64,000 bases of DNA, from positions 96,001-160,000 of the forward strand of contig CAWDVE010000013.1 of the NCBI GenBank assembly GCA_963805625.1, read 5' to 3'. The stretch's first letter is position 1; each line of letters opens with the position of its first letter. Positions 48,657-58,413 of the stretch are shown in pieces. The notes under the pieces were generated by a model. That model had not been told where the DNA came from and ran no database searches. It saw only the letters and a program-made list of their open reading frames with translations. The stretch is from an uncultured Candidatus Rokubacteria bacterium. Its GTDB lineage: Bacteria > Methylomirabilota > Methylomirabilia > Rokubacteriales > DASRDR01. A program made the position numbers and the translations under genes.

Positions 48657-50929
48657 GTGCCTGCCCTGCCGTCCCCCTGCCCCACCTGTCGGTTCGAGAA
48701 TTCGGCGGGAGCCAAGTTCTGCGGAGCCTGCGGGACCTCGCTGGCCCTCGGGTGCCATCGGTGCCGGGCCCAGAACAAGGGCAAGGAAGCCCTCGTGGTG
48801 GCCCACGAGGTCACGGGCTTCCGCGAGCGGCGCACCCGCATCGACGTGGCAACGGAGCTGACGCCGCTCGTGGGCCGTGAACGGGAGCTGGCTCATCTCC
48901 GCCAGGCGCTCGAGCGCGTGCGACAGGGTCGCGGTGAGGTCGTCGGGATCGTCGCGGAGGCCGGCGTCGGGAAGTCCCGGATCCTCTTCGAGTTCCGCCG
49001 GACCCTGGGCGAGGACGTCCTCTACCTCGGGGCCGTTGCATCTCCTACGGCCAGACCATTCCGCTCCTGCCCGTCGTCGAGCTGCTCAGGCGCGGCTTCC
49101 GTATCGTGGAGGGCGATCGAGAGGACGCCATCCGTGACAAGGTGGAGCGGGGACTCCGGGCCCTCGGTGCAGATGCCCACTCGGTCCCCTTCCTCCTGAG
49201 CCTCCTCGGCGCGGAGACGGACGACCCCACGATCCGGGGGATGGCCGCCGAGGCCCGGCGCCGCTACACGTTCGAGGCGCTCCGCGTCCTGACCATCGCC
49301 GGCAGCGCCCGTCGGCCCATCGTGTTCGCGATCGAGGACGTGGCGTACGGGAGCCTCTTGAAGCCGCGGCGCCGCGCGCTCCACGAGCTGGTGGGATCCG
49401 CGATCGAGGAGCTGTACGCCGACCGGCTCGAGGAGCACGTCGCCGAGTTGGCCCACCACTTCGCCCAGGGGGAGGTGTGGCCGAAGGCGTTCACGTACGC
49501 GCGCCGCGCGGCCGACCATGCCCGGGCAATCTTCGCCAACCGGGAGGCGATCCACTTCTACACCCAGTCGATCGACGCCGCGGCCCGGATGAGCCCTCCT
49601 CCGGGCGACGCGGATCTGCTGGCAATCCACGAGGCTCGCGGAGCCGTCTGGCACCTCCTGTCGAGCTACGACCAGGCGGTGGCCGACTTCGAGACGATGC
49701 AGCAGGCGGCCGCCCGGCTCGGCGACCGGGTCAAGGAAGGCGAGGCCCTCTGCAACCAGGCCGGCTCCCACTGGTGGCGCTTCGCGGAGGCCTACAAGGG
49801 TCTCGTGGAGAAGTGCGCCCGAGAAGCGATGGTCATCGCCGAGGAGACGGGCGACGAGCGGATCCTGGCCCGCGGCCTCTACTCGCTCGCCATGGTGGAC
49901 CAGAAAGCCGGGAGCCTTCGCGAGGCCGACACGAAGCTTCTCCGCTCCGTCGAGATCTGCCGCCGGCGGAGCCTAACCGGCCCGCTGGTGACCGATCTCA
50001 CGTGGCTGGGCGCTCACGCGGACTGGCGCGGTGAGTACCGCCCTTCGATCCAGTACGCCGGAGAGGCGGTGCGCCTCGCGGGGGCGAGTCACGAGGGCTT
50101 CTACGAGCTGGTTTCACTCTGCTTCCTCTGTAACGCCCACGCGGGGCTGGGCGAATGGGATCTCGCCTTCAAGGTCCTCGACGAGTTGCGTCAAAAGAGC
50201 CGGGAGCGTGAGAGCAAGTACGGCATCGCGCGGGGCATGAACACGGCAGGGTGGCTCCAAAAGCAGCTCGGCGATCTGCGGCACTCGGTCGACCTGAACC
50301 GGGAAGCGCTCGATTTCGGTCGGGCCGCGAAGCTCGGCAACCCGGAAATCTACTCGACAATCAACCTGGCGGAGGACCACCTCTGTCTGAACGAGATCGG
50401 CGCCGCCGAGACCATCCTGATCGAGGCGGTCGAGCGGTTGCGGACCGGCGCGTTCGACTCGCACCTCTGGAGATGGCAGATGCGGGTCGGTCTCATGTTC
50501 GCCCGCCTCTTCCTGGCGAAAGGAGATCTCGATCGCGCCGACACCCACCTCACCGAGGCGCTCCGGACCGCCGAGCCAACCGAGTCCCGGCGCCACCTAG
50601 CCGAGGGGTACCGGATCCGCGGGGAGATCTGGTCCGCGGCCGGGCAAGCGGAGAATGCCCGGACCGAGCTTCGCCGAGCCCTGGAGGTGGTGGAGTCGAC
50701 GGCTAGCCCGCGAACCATCTGGGAGACCGCCGGCGCCCTCGGGCGGGTCCTCGGACCGACCCGGGAGGCGGAGGCCCGTGACGCCTATCGCCGGGCGCTC
50801 GAGGCGCTGCAGGGGGCGCTCCCGCGGATTCCCCGCCCCGAGCTCAAGGACACCCTCCTCGGGTCCGAGGCGGTCGCCCGGCTCATCGAGGAGGCAGCTC
50901 GCCTCGGTGTCACGCTCCAGCCGGGCTGA
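48657..50929 (+). pseudogene. Decayed zinc-ribbon / cyclase / AAA / TPR gene (cyclase domain and mid-AAA region deleted, one frameshift)
   Basis: CPTC..FCGACG..CHRC, TPLVGREREL, EAGVGKS and a TPR-like C-half. It aligns piecewise to 59640-63168. Confidence 0.8.
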
Positions 50930-51006
50930 TCCTCGCCGCCGCCCTTCTCGAAGGTTCCTGGTCCTGACGTCGAGGCGCGATACGATAGCCTCAATCGGAG
51001 GAACGC

Positions 51007-51381
51007 ATGGCCAGAGATCGCGCGCCTGACGTCCCTGCCCTCCCGCGTGACGAGGCCGGCGCGCCCGTGTTCGGGGCGCCCTGGGAAGCCCAGGCCTTCG
51101 CGATGGCCGTCCGGCTCCACGAGGCGGGTCACTTCACGTGGACCGAGTGGGCCGAGCGGCTGGCGGGGGAGATCAAGCGCGCCCAGGCCGCCGGGGATCC
51201 CGACCGGGGCGACACCTACTACCACCACTGGCTCGCCACGCTCGAGCGCCTGGTCGCCGAGAAGGGCCTGGTCGCGCCCGACGAGCTTCACCGGCGGAAA
51301 GTCGAGTGGGACCTGGCCGCGCGGGCCACGCCTCACGGGAAGCCCATCGAGCTCCACCCGAGCCGGGGAGCCGAGCGCTGA
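51007..51381 (+). CDS. Nitrile hydratase accessory (activator / P14K-like) protein
   Basis: PVFGAPWEAQAFAMAV.L, FTWTEW, YYHHWLATLE and TPHGKPI motifs. Confidence 0.92.
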   Translation: MARDRAPDVPALPRDEAGAPVFGAPWEAQAFAMAVRLHEAGHFTWTEWAERLAGEIKRAQAAGDPDRGDTYYHHWLATLERLVAEKGLVAPDELHRRKVEWDLAARATPHGKPIELHPSRGAER

Positions 51382-52859
51382 TCAGGGCCCCACGCGCTCA
51401 CGCCCTCCTGCGCGGGACGGCAGGCCTCGCGCTCGCCGGCTTCTGTCTGCTCGGCCTCGCTGCCCACGCCGCCGACAGACCGACGGCGGACGATCTCCGC
51501 ACGGCGCTCGAATCCGGCCCCGCGCTCCGCGTCGACGAACAGCCGCTCCGGACCGGGGTCCTGCGGGAGTTCTACGCGTCGATCCGCTTCGAGCCCGTCT
51601 GGGGACCTGATCCAGGGGGAGCCGCCCGCACCGCGGTGGCGCTCGACGCTCTCCTCGGAGCCCGAGACCACGGCCTCGTGCCGGCCCACTACGGGCTCGC
51701 CGCGCTCAGGCGCCGCGCGGAGCCGGCGACGCCGGCGGCGGCCGTCCAGCGCGAGCTCCTGCTGACCGACGCCCTCTTGCGCTACGCGGTGGATCTCCGG
51801 GTCGGACGGCTCCGCCCGACGACGGCGCAGCCGGACTGGGGAATCCCTCCGCCCGACCGCGAGGACCCCGTCGCCGAGCTCGTGGAGGCGATCGAGGCCG
51901 GCACGCTGGCCTCGTGGCTCGAGGCCTTGCCCCCTCCCCACGAGGGTTACGCGCGGCTCGTGGCCGCCCTCCGCACGCTTCACGCGACGGCCGATCGGGC
52001 CGGCGCCCGCCCGACCGATCAGCGTGCCCGCCAGGTCGCCGTCAACCTGGAGCGCTGGCGGTGGCTTCCGCGGCGCCTCGAGTCCCGCTACCTCGCGGTC
52101 AACGCGGCGGACGCAACCCTCGCCGTCGTCGAGGACGGACGGGTGCGGCTCACGTCGCGCGTGGTCGTCGGCGACGAGCTCCACCCCACGCCGGTGGTGC
52201 GCTCCGAGATGGGCGCGATCGTGTTCAACCCTCCGTGGACGGTCCCCACGAGCATCGTCGTCGACGAGTTCCTGCCGAAGCTCCGCGCGAACCTCCGGTT
52301 CCTCGCCGACAACGACATCGTCATCCTCGACCGGCGCGAGGACCCGTACGGGCTCGCGATCGACTGGACGGCGGTCCCCGCGGAGCGATTCCCGTTCCGG
52401 CTCCAGCAACGCCCCGGCGGCTGGAACCCGCTGGGCCGGATGCGCTTCGCCACACCGAATCGCTTCGACGTCTACCTCCACGACACGCCCCTGCCAGAGC
52501 TCTTCCCGCGCGCCGACCGGGCGCTGAGTCACGGCTGCGTGCGCGTGGAGCAGGCGCGTGAGCTGGCCGCGCTCGTCCTAGCCGGCCAGGCAGCCGGCCG
52601 GCCCGAGGCCCTCCAGCGTGCCATGTCGAGCGGCGCGACGAGCGTCGTCACCGTCGCGCGTCCCCTGCCCGTGTACCTCCTCTACTGGACCGCGTTCGTC
52701 GACGACGAGGGCCGGCTCCAGCTGCGAGACGACCCTTACGATCGAGACCCCCGCGTGGCCGCCGCACTGGCGCGCGCCCCGGTGACCGTCGCGCGCTCCG
52801 GAAACGCTATCCGCCCCCCGGCCTCGGGTCAGGGCGGGGGATCCGGCATCCGTCGGTGA
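51378..52859 (+). CDS. L,D-transpeptidase, YcbB/LdtD-like
   Basis: NLERWRWLP, VFNPPWTVP, QRPG..NPLG and VYLHDTP...SHGCVRV motifs. Start is uncertain. Confidence 0.9.
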   Translation: MIRAPRAHALLRGTAGLALAGFCLLGLAAHAADRPTADDLRTALESGPALRVDEQPLRTGVLREFYASIRFEPVWGPDPGGAARTAVALDALLGARDHGLVPAHYGLAALRRRAEPATPAAAVQRELLLTDALLRYAVDLRVGRLRPTTAQPDWGIPPPDREDPVAELVEAIEAGTLASWLEALPPPHEGYARLVAALRTLHATADRAGARPTDQRARQVAVNLERWRWLPRRLESRYLAVNAADATLAVVEDGRVRLTSRVVVGDELHPTPVVRSEMGAIVFNPPWTVPTSIVVDEFLPKLRANLRFLADNDIVILDRREDPYGLAIDWTAVPAERFPFRLQQRPGGWNPLGRMRFATPNRFDVYLHDTPLPELFPRADRALSHGCVRVEQARELAALVLAGQAAGRPEALQRAMSSGATSVVTVARPLPVYLLYWTAFVDDEGRLQLRDDPYDRDPRVAAALARAPVTVARSGNAIRPPASGQGGGSGIRR

Positions 52860-53407
52860 ACTGTCACCCGCACCCCAACCGCCGAGCCGTGTTGCGGCTC
52901 GCCGCGATGGCGGCGGCGCTGCCCTGGGCGCGCCGCGTGGCGGCTCAAAGCGCGACGGAGACAGAGCCTCACGCGCTCGCATTCCGAAACCTCCACACGG
53001 GCGAGACGGTCGACGTGGTCTACCGGGCGGACGGCCAGTTGGATCAGGGAGCGCTTCGGGAGATCGACTGGGTGCTGCGCGACTTCCGGACCGGCGAGGC
53101 GCGCCAGGTCGATCGGCGGCTCCTCGAGCTCCTGCGGCGCCTCCGGTCCGCGCTCGACACGACCGAGCCCTACGAGGTGATCTCGGGCTACCGCTCCCCC
53201 GCGACCAACGCCATGCTCCGCCGCGAGGGCCGTGGCGTCTCGCGCGTGAGCCTCCACATGCGGGCGATGGCGATCGACGTGCGCGTGCCGGACCGCCCCC
53301 TCACGGCCCTGCGCGACGCCGCGCTCGCCCTCCGGCTCGGCGGCGTCGGCTACTACGCCGCCTCCAACTTCGTCCACATCGACGTCGGCCGCGCCCGGTT
53401 CTGGTGA
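52856..53407 (+). CDS. ycbK: YcbK/MepK family M15 peptidase with Tat signal
   Basis: NRRAVL, NLHTGE, ISGYRSP.TN, SLHM..MAID and FVHIDVG motifs. It follows the YcbB-like gene. Confidence 0.9.
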   Translation: MNCHPHPNRRAVLRLAAMAAALPWARRVAAQSATETEPHALAFRNLHTGETVDVVYRADGQLDQGALREIDWVLRDFRTGEARQVDRRLLELLRRLRSALDTTEPYEVISGYRSPATNAMLRREGRGVSRVSLHMRAMAIDVRVPDRPLTALRDAALALRLGGVGYYAASNFVHIDVGRARFW

Positions 53408-53506
53408 AACGCCTCGACTTGGCCTTCTCGAACGGCCCTCGGCCTGTGTCGATCGGGTCGGATCGGCCCCTTACAGGGGCCACCCGCCGGCCGGTGGGAT
53501 AGGCGC

Positions 53507-54139
53507 ATGTACGTCCCGAAGCAGTTCGAGGCGCCCGACGTCGCCTGGTGCCACGGCCTCATCCGGCGGGAGCCGTTCGCGATCCTCGTCGGCGTCGATC
53601 CGGCCGGCGCCCCGTTCGCCACCCACCTGCCCGTCCTGCTCGACCCGTCGCCAGCGCCTCTCGGCACGCTCTTGGGACACGTCGCCCGGCCGAATCCCCA
53701 GTGGCAGCTCTTCGCCCCGGACCGGCCGGTGCTGGTCGTCTTCCCGGGAGCGCACGCCTACGTCTCCCCGTCCTGGTACGCCCAGCACCCGAGCGTGCCC
53801 ACGTGGAACTACGTCGCCGTCCACGCCTACGGCGTCCCGCGGGTGATCGATGAGCCCGGACGGGTCCGGGCGCTCCTCGACCGCCTGGTGCGGACCTTCG
53901 AGGACGGGCGAGCTGCGCCGTGGCGCATGGACACCCTGTCGGACACCTACCTGAGCGGCATGATGCGCGGGATCGTCGCCTTCGAGATCCCGATCGACCG
54001 GCTCGAGGGCAAGGCCAAGCTCAGCCAGAACCGACCGGCCGGCGACCAGGCCCGGGTGCGCGCCGCCCTCGCGGCCGAGGACGACCCGCTGGCCCGGGCC
54101 GTCGCCGAGCTGATGCCGGAGCCCGACCCGCGCTCCTGA
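53507..54139 (+). CDS. FMN-binding negative transcriptional regulator (PaiB family)
   Basis: MYVPKQF, GHVARPNPQW, HAYVSPSWY, VPTWNY and KAKLSQNR motifs. Confidence 0.93.
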   Translation: MYVPKQFEAPDVAWCHGLIRREPFAILVGVDPAGAPFATHLPVLLDPSPAPLGTLLGHVARPNPQWQLFAPDRPVLVVFPGAHAYVSPSWYAQHPSVPTWNYVAVHAYGVPRVIDEPGRVRALLDRLVRTFEDGRAAPWRMDTLSDTYLSGMMRGIVAFEIPIDRLEGKAKLSQNRPAGDQARVRAALAAEDDPLARAVAELMPEPDPRS

Positions 54140-54209
54140 GGCGCGGCGGGGGCGACCACTAGCTACTTTAGCCAGGAAGATCGCTCCTAGCTTCGAGAGG
54201 AGAGTGCGG

Positions 54210-54492
54210 ATGTCGCACGCCAGGGTCGCCATCATCACGGGCGCGGGCCAGGGCATCGGCGCCGGGTTCGCGAAGAGCTTCGCGCCACAACGTCCGCATG
54301 AACAACGTCCTGCCCGGCTACTGCGAGAACGTGGCGATGTCGGACGCCGCGCTCCGGAGCATTCCGATGGGCCGCACGGCGCGCTTCGACGAGATCGGCC
54401 GCGCGTGCGTGTTCCTGGCCTCCGACGCGTCCAGCTACGTGACCGGCCAGAACCTGCTCGTCGACGGCGGCGTCAATCGGGCCGTCCGCTGA
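54210..54492 (+). pseudogene. Internally deleted SDR oxidoreductase
   Basis: VAIITGAGQGIG is fused to AGFAKSFA/HNVRMNNVLPG...SSYVTGQNLLVDGG. NAG and YxxxK are missing. Confidence 0.82.
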
Positions 54493-54574
54493 AGAAGAGA
54501 CCCGTGCGCGACGTCTCCGAGGGCTTCGGCGCGCGCCTTCGCTGGTGGCGACACGCCTGTCCCGATGGCATCAG

Positions 54575-56971
54575 ATGTCGGCGACCGGAGGGCTGATCCT
54601 CGGGTTCGTTCTCACCCCGACGTATCGCGTGGCCGACGGCCGGGCGGAGGTGCACCTCCACGCCGTCCTCGAGAGCGGCGAGGCCGCGCTGGTCGTGGAC
54701 GACCGCTTCCCGCCCTATTTCTTCGTCCGGGCCGCCGACCGGGACGTCCTCTACCGGATGGCTCCCGCGGCGCGCGTGGCCGAATCCACGCTCCTGACGT
54801 TCTCGGGCGAGCCCGTGCTCCGGGTCGAGGTCGACCTGCCGGGCGACGTCCCCCCGATGCGCGCGCGGCTCGCGGAGGCCGGGGTGGAGTGCTTCGAGGC
54901 CGACGTGCGCTTCGCGTACCGCTTCCTGATCGACCACGGGATCCGCGGCGCGTTCCTCGTCGACGGGCCGTTCGAGCGCCGCCCCGGTGTCGGCCGCGTC
55001 TACCGGAACCCGCGCCTCGAGCCGGCCGACTTCGTGCCGCGCCTCCGGGTGCTCTCGTTCGACATCGAGACGAGCCTCGACGGGCGGTCGCTCTACTCGA
55101 TCGCGGCGGCGGGCCAGGGCGGCGACCGGGTCTGGATGGTCCGCCCCGGAGAGACCGGGCCCCTGCCCGGCCTCCCCGAGCACGCGATTGGAGCGCTGGT
55201 GCCGAGCGAGCGGGCGTGCGTCGAGGGCTTCCTCGGCCACCTCCGCACGGCGGATCCGGACGTCCTGACGGGCTGGAACATCGGCGACTTCGACGTGCCG
55301 GTCCTCCAGCGGGTCGCGCGGCGCATCCAGCTCCGCCTGGCGCTCGGGCGTACCGACGAGGAGGCCGAGGTGAGGCGCGACCTCGGCTTCACCCGCGATC
55401 CGCGGGTGATCCTCTCCGGCCGTCAGGTGCTCGACGGGCTCGCGCTCCTCCGGAGCGCCTTCGTCAAGCTCGACGACTACCGGCTCGATACCGCGGCCCA
55501 GGTCATCCTGGGGAAAGGCAAGCTCTTCCATGCCGAGCACCGGGGCCGGGAGATCGAGGCTGCGTGGCGGGACGACCCTGCCCGGCTCGCCGCCTACAAC
55601 CTCAACGACGCGCGCCTCGTCGTGGAGATCCTCGAGCGGACGGGACTCGTCGAGCTGACGGTGCGCCGGAGCCTCCTCACCGGGATGCAGATCGACCGGG
55701 TAGGCGCCCAGATCGCCGCCGTGGATTCCCTCTACCTTTCCGAGCTCCGCGCGCGCCGCCGCGTGGCGCCGTCGGTCCACATCGAGGACGCGCAGGGGAC
55801 GGTCATCTCCGGGGGCCTCGTCCTCGACTCCGTCCCCGGCCTCTACCGGAACATCCTCGTCTTCGACTTCAAGAGTCTCTACCCGAGCCTGATCCGCACG
55901 TTCAACATCGATCCCCTGACGCACGTCCTTCCGGCGCGCGAGACCCCGGACCTGCCGCTCGTCCGCACGCCGAGTGGCGCCAAGTTCCGCGCCGACGAGC
56001 CGGGCATCCTGCCCGAGCTGGTCGCGCGGCTCTGGGAGGAGCGGGCCCAGGCCAGGAAGCAGGGCGACGCGGTGGGCGCCCAGGCGACGAAGATCCTCAT
56101 GAACTCCCTCTTCGGGGTCCTCGGGGCTTCGGCCTGCCGGCTCTTCTCGCCGGCGGTCGCCAACGCGATCACTATCGCCGGACAGCACGTCATCCGGCTC
56201 GCCGCCGCCGCCGTCGAGCAGGCAGGCCACCGCGTCATCTACGGCGACACGGACTCGCTTTTCGTCGATGCGGGCGAGCCCGATTCGGCCGCGGCCGCCA
56301 AGCGGGCCGAGAGCCTGCGCGAGAGCATCGGGGCCCATGTCGCCGAGGCCCTCCGGGCCGAGTTCGGGGTCCGGAGCTGGCTCGAGCTCGAGTTCGAGAA
56401 GGTCTACTCCCGCTTCTGGATGCCCGAGGTCCGCGGCGGCGCGACGGGCAGCAAGAAGCGCTACGCAGGACTGGTGGCCGGCCCGGGCGGCGAGACGCTC
56501 GAGCTGGTTGGGCTCGAGGCGGTGCGGCGGGACTGGAGCGCGGTCGCCCGGCGCTTCCAGCGGGAGCTCCTCCAGCTCGCGTTCCACGAGCAACCTGTCG
56601 AGCAGTTCATCCGCGACTTCGTGGCGGACCTGCGCGCCGGCCGGTTCGACGACCAGCTGGCCTACCGGAAGGCGATCCGGAAGCCGCTCGAATCCTATAC
56701 GAAGACCACGCCGCCGCACGTCAAGGCGGCGCGGAAACAGGCCGGCGGGCCGGGCCGCATCGTCACCTACGTCGTCACCACAGCGGGGCCCGAGGCGGCG
56801 GGCGAGACGACCGCGCCACCGGACTACGACCACTACGTCACCCAGCAGCTCCGGCCTATCGCCGACGCCCTGCTCCACTTCCTGGGCGCTCCCGATTTCG
56901 ACACCATCGCCGAGATTCACCGGCCCGAGGGGCGCCAGCTCGGGCTCTTCGGGGAGGGAGACCTCTCATGA
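54575..56971 (+). CDS. polB: DNA polymerase II (family B)
   Basis: Exo motifs FDIET, GWN..FD and YNL.D. Pol motifs DFKSLYPS, KILMNS and YGDTDS, plus SKKRYAG and C-terminal clamp motif QLGLF. Confidence 0.96.
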   Translation: MSATGGLILGFVLTPTYRVADGRAEVHLHAVLESGEAALVVDDRFPPYFFVRAADRDVLYRMAPAARVAESTLLTFSGEPVLRVEVDLPGDVPPMRARLAEAGVECFEADVRFAYRFLIDHGIRGAFLVDGPFERRPGVGRVYRNPRLEPADFVPRLRVLSFDIETSLDGRSLYSIAAAGQGGDRVWMVRPGETGPLPGLPEHAIGALVPSERACVEGFLGHLRTADPDVLTGWNIGDFDVPVLQRVARRIQLRLALGRTDEEAEVRRDLGFTRDPRVILSGRQVLDGLALLRSAFVKLDDYRLDTAAQVILGKGKLFHAEHRGREIEAAWRDDPARLAAYNLNDARLVVEILERTGLVELTVRRSLLTGMQIDRVGAQIAAVDSLYLSELRARRRVAPSVHIEDAQGTVISGGLVLDSVPGLYRNILVFDFKSLYPSLIRTFNIDPLTHVLPARETPDLPLVRTPSGAKFRADEPGILPELVARLWEERAQARKQGDAVGAQATKILMNSLFGVLGASACRLFSPAVANAITIAGQHVIRLAAAAVEQAGHRVIYGDTDSLFVDAGEPDSAAAAKRAESLRESIGAHVAEALRAEFGVRSWLELEFEKVYSRFWMPEVRGGATGSKKRYAGLVAGPGGETLELVGLEAVRRDWSAVARRFQRELLQLAFHEQPVEQFIRDFVADLRAGRFDDQLAYRKAIRKPLESYTKTTPPHVKAARKQAGGPGRIVTYVVTTAGPEAAGETTAPPDYDHYVTQQLRPIADALLHFLGAPDFDTIAEIHRPEGRQLGLFGEGDLS

Positions 56972-58413
56972 CCACGCCGCGCCGCACCCTGATCCACGCC
57001 GGCCATGTGATCGCCTTCGACGGCCGCGGCCATCGTCTCCTCCGGGACGGCGTGGTCGTCCTCGAGGGCGACCGGATCGTCCACGTCAGCCCTCGGTCCG
57101 CGTTCCAGGGCCAGGTCGACGAGACCGTCGACGCTCGCGATCGGATGCTCACGCCCGGCCTCATCTCGACCCACGCGCACATCGCGGGCTCCCCGCTCGA
57201 CCGGTCCTTCATCGAGGACACGGGACGGCCCCAGTTCTACTACTCGGGTCTCTTCGAGACGCTGCCAGTTCGCGACGGCGCCCAGGACGAGGCGGCCAGC
57301 CTGGCCTGTGTCGACTTCTCGATGGCCGAGCTGCTCCGGGGCGGAGTGACCACCGTGCTCGAGATCGGCCAGCTCGGCGAGCACGTGGCCGAGCGCGCGG
57401 CGCACTTCGGCCTCCGCGTCTACTTCGGGCTCTCTTTCCGCTCGGGGCGGTGGCTCACGAAGGACGGCCGGCGCGTCCACTGGGAGTGGGACGAGGAACG
57501 GGGCCGCCAGGGGCTCGCGCGGGCACTCGCGTTCCACGACCGCTTCGACGGCGCCCACGGCAGTCTGGTCCGCTGCTGCCTCGCCCCGGCCCAGGTCGAC
57601 ACGTGCACGCCCGAGCTCCTGCGCGAGGCCAAGCGGGCCGCCGACGAGCGCGGCTGCCCGATCACGCTCCACGCCTCCCAGTCCGTGATCGAGTTCAACG
57701 AGATGCTGGCGCGCCACGGGAAGACTCCGGTCGCCTGGCTCGCCGAGCTGGGCTTCCTCGGACCGAGCACGATCCTCGGCCACGCGATCATCGTGGGCGG
57801 GTCGTCCTGGGCCAATCACCCGACCGGCGACGTCCGGATCATGGGGGAGGCCGGCTGCTCCGTCGCCCACGCGGTCTGGGTCTTCGCCCGGCGCGGCGTC
57901 CCGATGGAGTCGTTCGCCCGCTACCGCGACGCCGGCGTCAACATGTCGCTCGGGACGGACACGAATCCCCAGAGCGTCATCGAGGCCATGCGCTGGGCGG
58001 CCGTCCTGTCGAAGACGATGGAGCGCAACACCCAGGCGACAACGGCGGCTCACGTCTTCGACGCGGCGACCCTCGGCGGCGCTCGCGCGCTCGGTCGGGG
58101 CGACCTCGGCCGCATCGCCCCCGGCGCCCGGGCCGACCTCGTCCTCTGGAAAGGCCGGTCGTGGAGCATGACGCCGCTCCGCGACCCGGTGAAGAACCTC
58201 GTCTACAACGCGACCGCGGAGGACGTCGACCGCGTCTACGTCAACGGGCGCGTGGTGGTCGACGGCGGCCGGGTCCTGGCCGCCGACGAACGGGCAATCC
58301 TGGACGCGCTCCAGGCCGGCGGCGAGCGCATGTGGCCGCGGATGCGCGAGTTCGACTGGGCCGGCCGCGGCGCCGACGAGCTCGCGCCTCAGACGTATCC
58401 GGAGTGGCGCTGA
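56968..58413 (+). CDS. Metal-dependent amidohydrolase (chlorohydrolase / nucleoside deaminase family)
   Basis: PGLISTHAH, LHASQ..E, LGH, LGTD, ATLGGARALG and G.IAPGARAD motifs. Confidence 0.9.
   Translation: MTTPRRTLIHAGHVIAFDGRGHRLLRDGVVVLEGDRIVHVSPRSAFQGQVDETVDARDRMLTPGLISTHAHIAGSPLDRSFIEDTGRPQFYYSGLFETLPVRDGAQDEAASLACVDFSMAELLRGGVTTVLEIGQLGEHVAERAAHFGLRVYFGLSFRSGRWLTKDGRRVHWEWDEERGRQGLARALAFHDRFDGAHGSLVRCCLAPAQVDTCTPELLREAKRAADERGCPITLHASQSVIEFNEMLARHGKTPVAWLAELGFLGPSTILGHAIIVGGSSWANHPTGDVRIMGEAGCSVAHAVWVFARRGVPMESFARYRDAGVNMSLGTDTNPQSVIEAMRWAAVLSKTMERNTQATTAAHVFDAATLGGARALGRGDLGRIAPGARADLVLWKGRSWSMTPLRDPVKNLVYNATAEDVDRVYVNGRVVVDGGRVLAADERAILDALQAGGERMWPRMREFDWAGRGADELAPQTYPEWR

Larger units (their letters stand above)
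47679..51030. mobile_element. Putative inserted segment (TA pair plus decayed cyclase-AAA-TPR gene) between nthB and the NHase accessory gene
   Basis: It interrupts normally adjacent genes and has CGCCTGAC direct repeats at 47679-47686 and 51023-51030. No mobility gene was seen. Confidence 0.45.

Noticed and set aside
54565-58413. Apparent 1282-aa amidohydrolase fusion
   Set aside because: The N-terminal part is an off-frame read of polB. The real start is ATG at 56968. The same artefact affects ORFs 41828-44008, 44282-46258 and 46570-47685.
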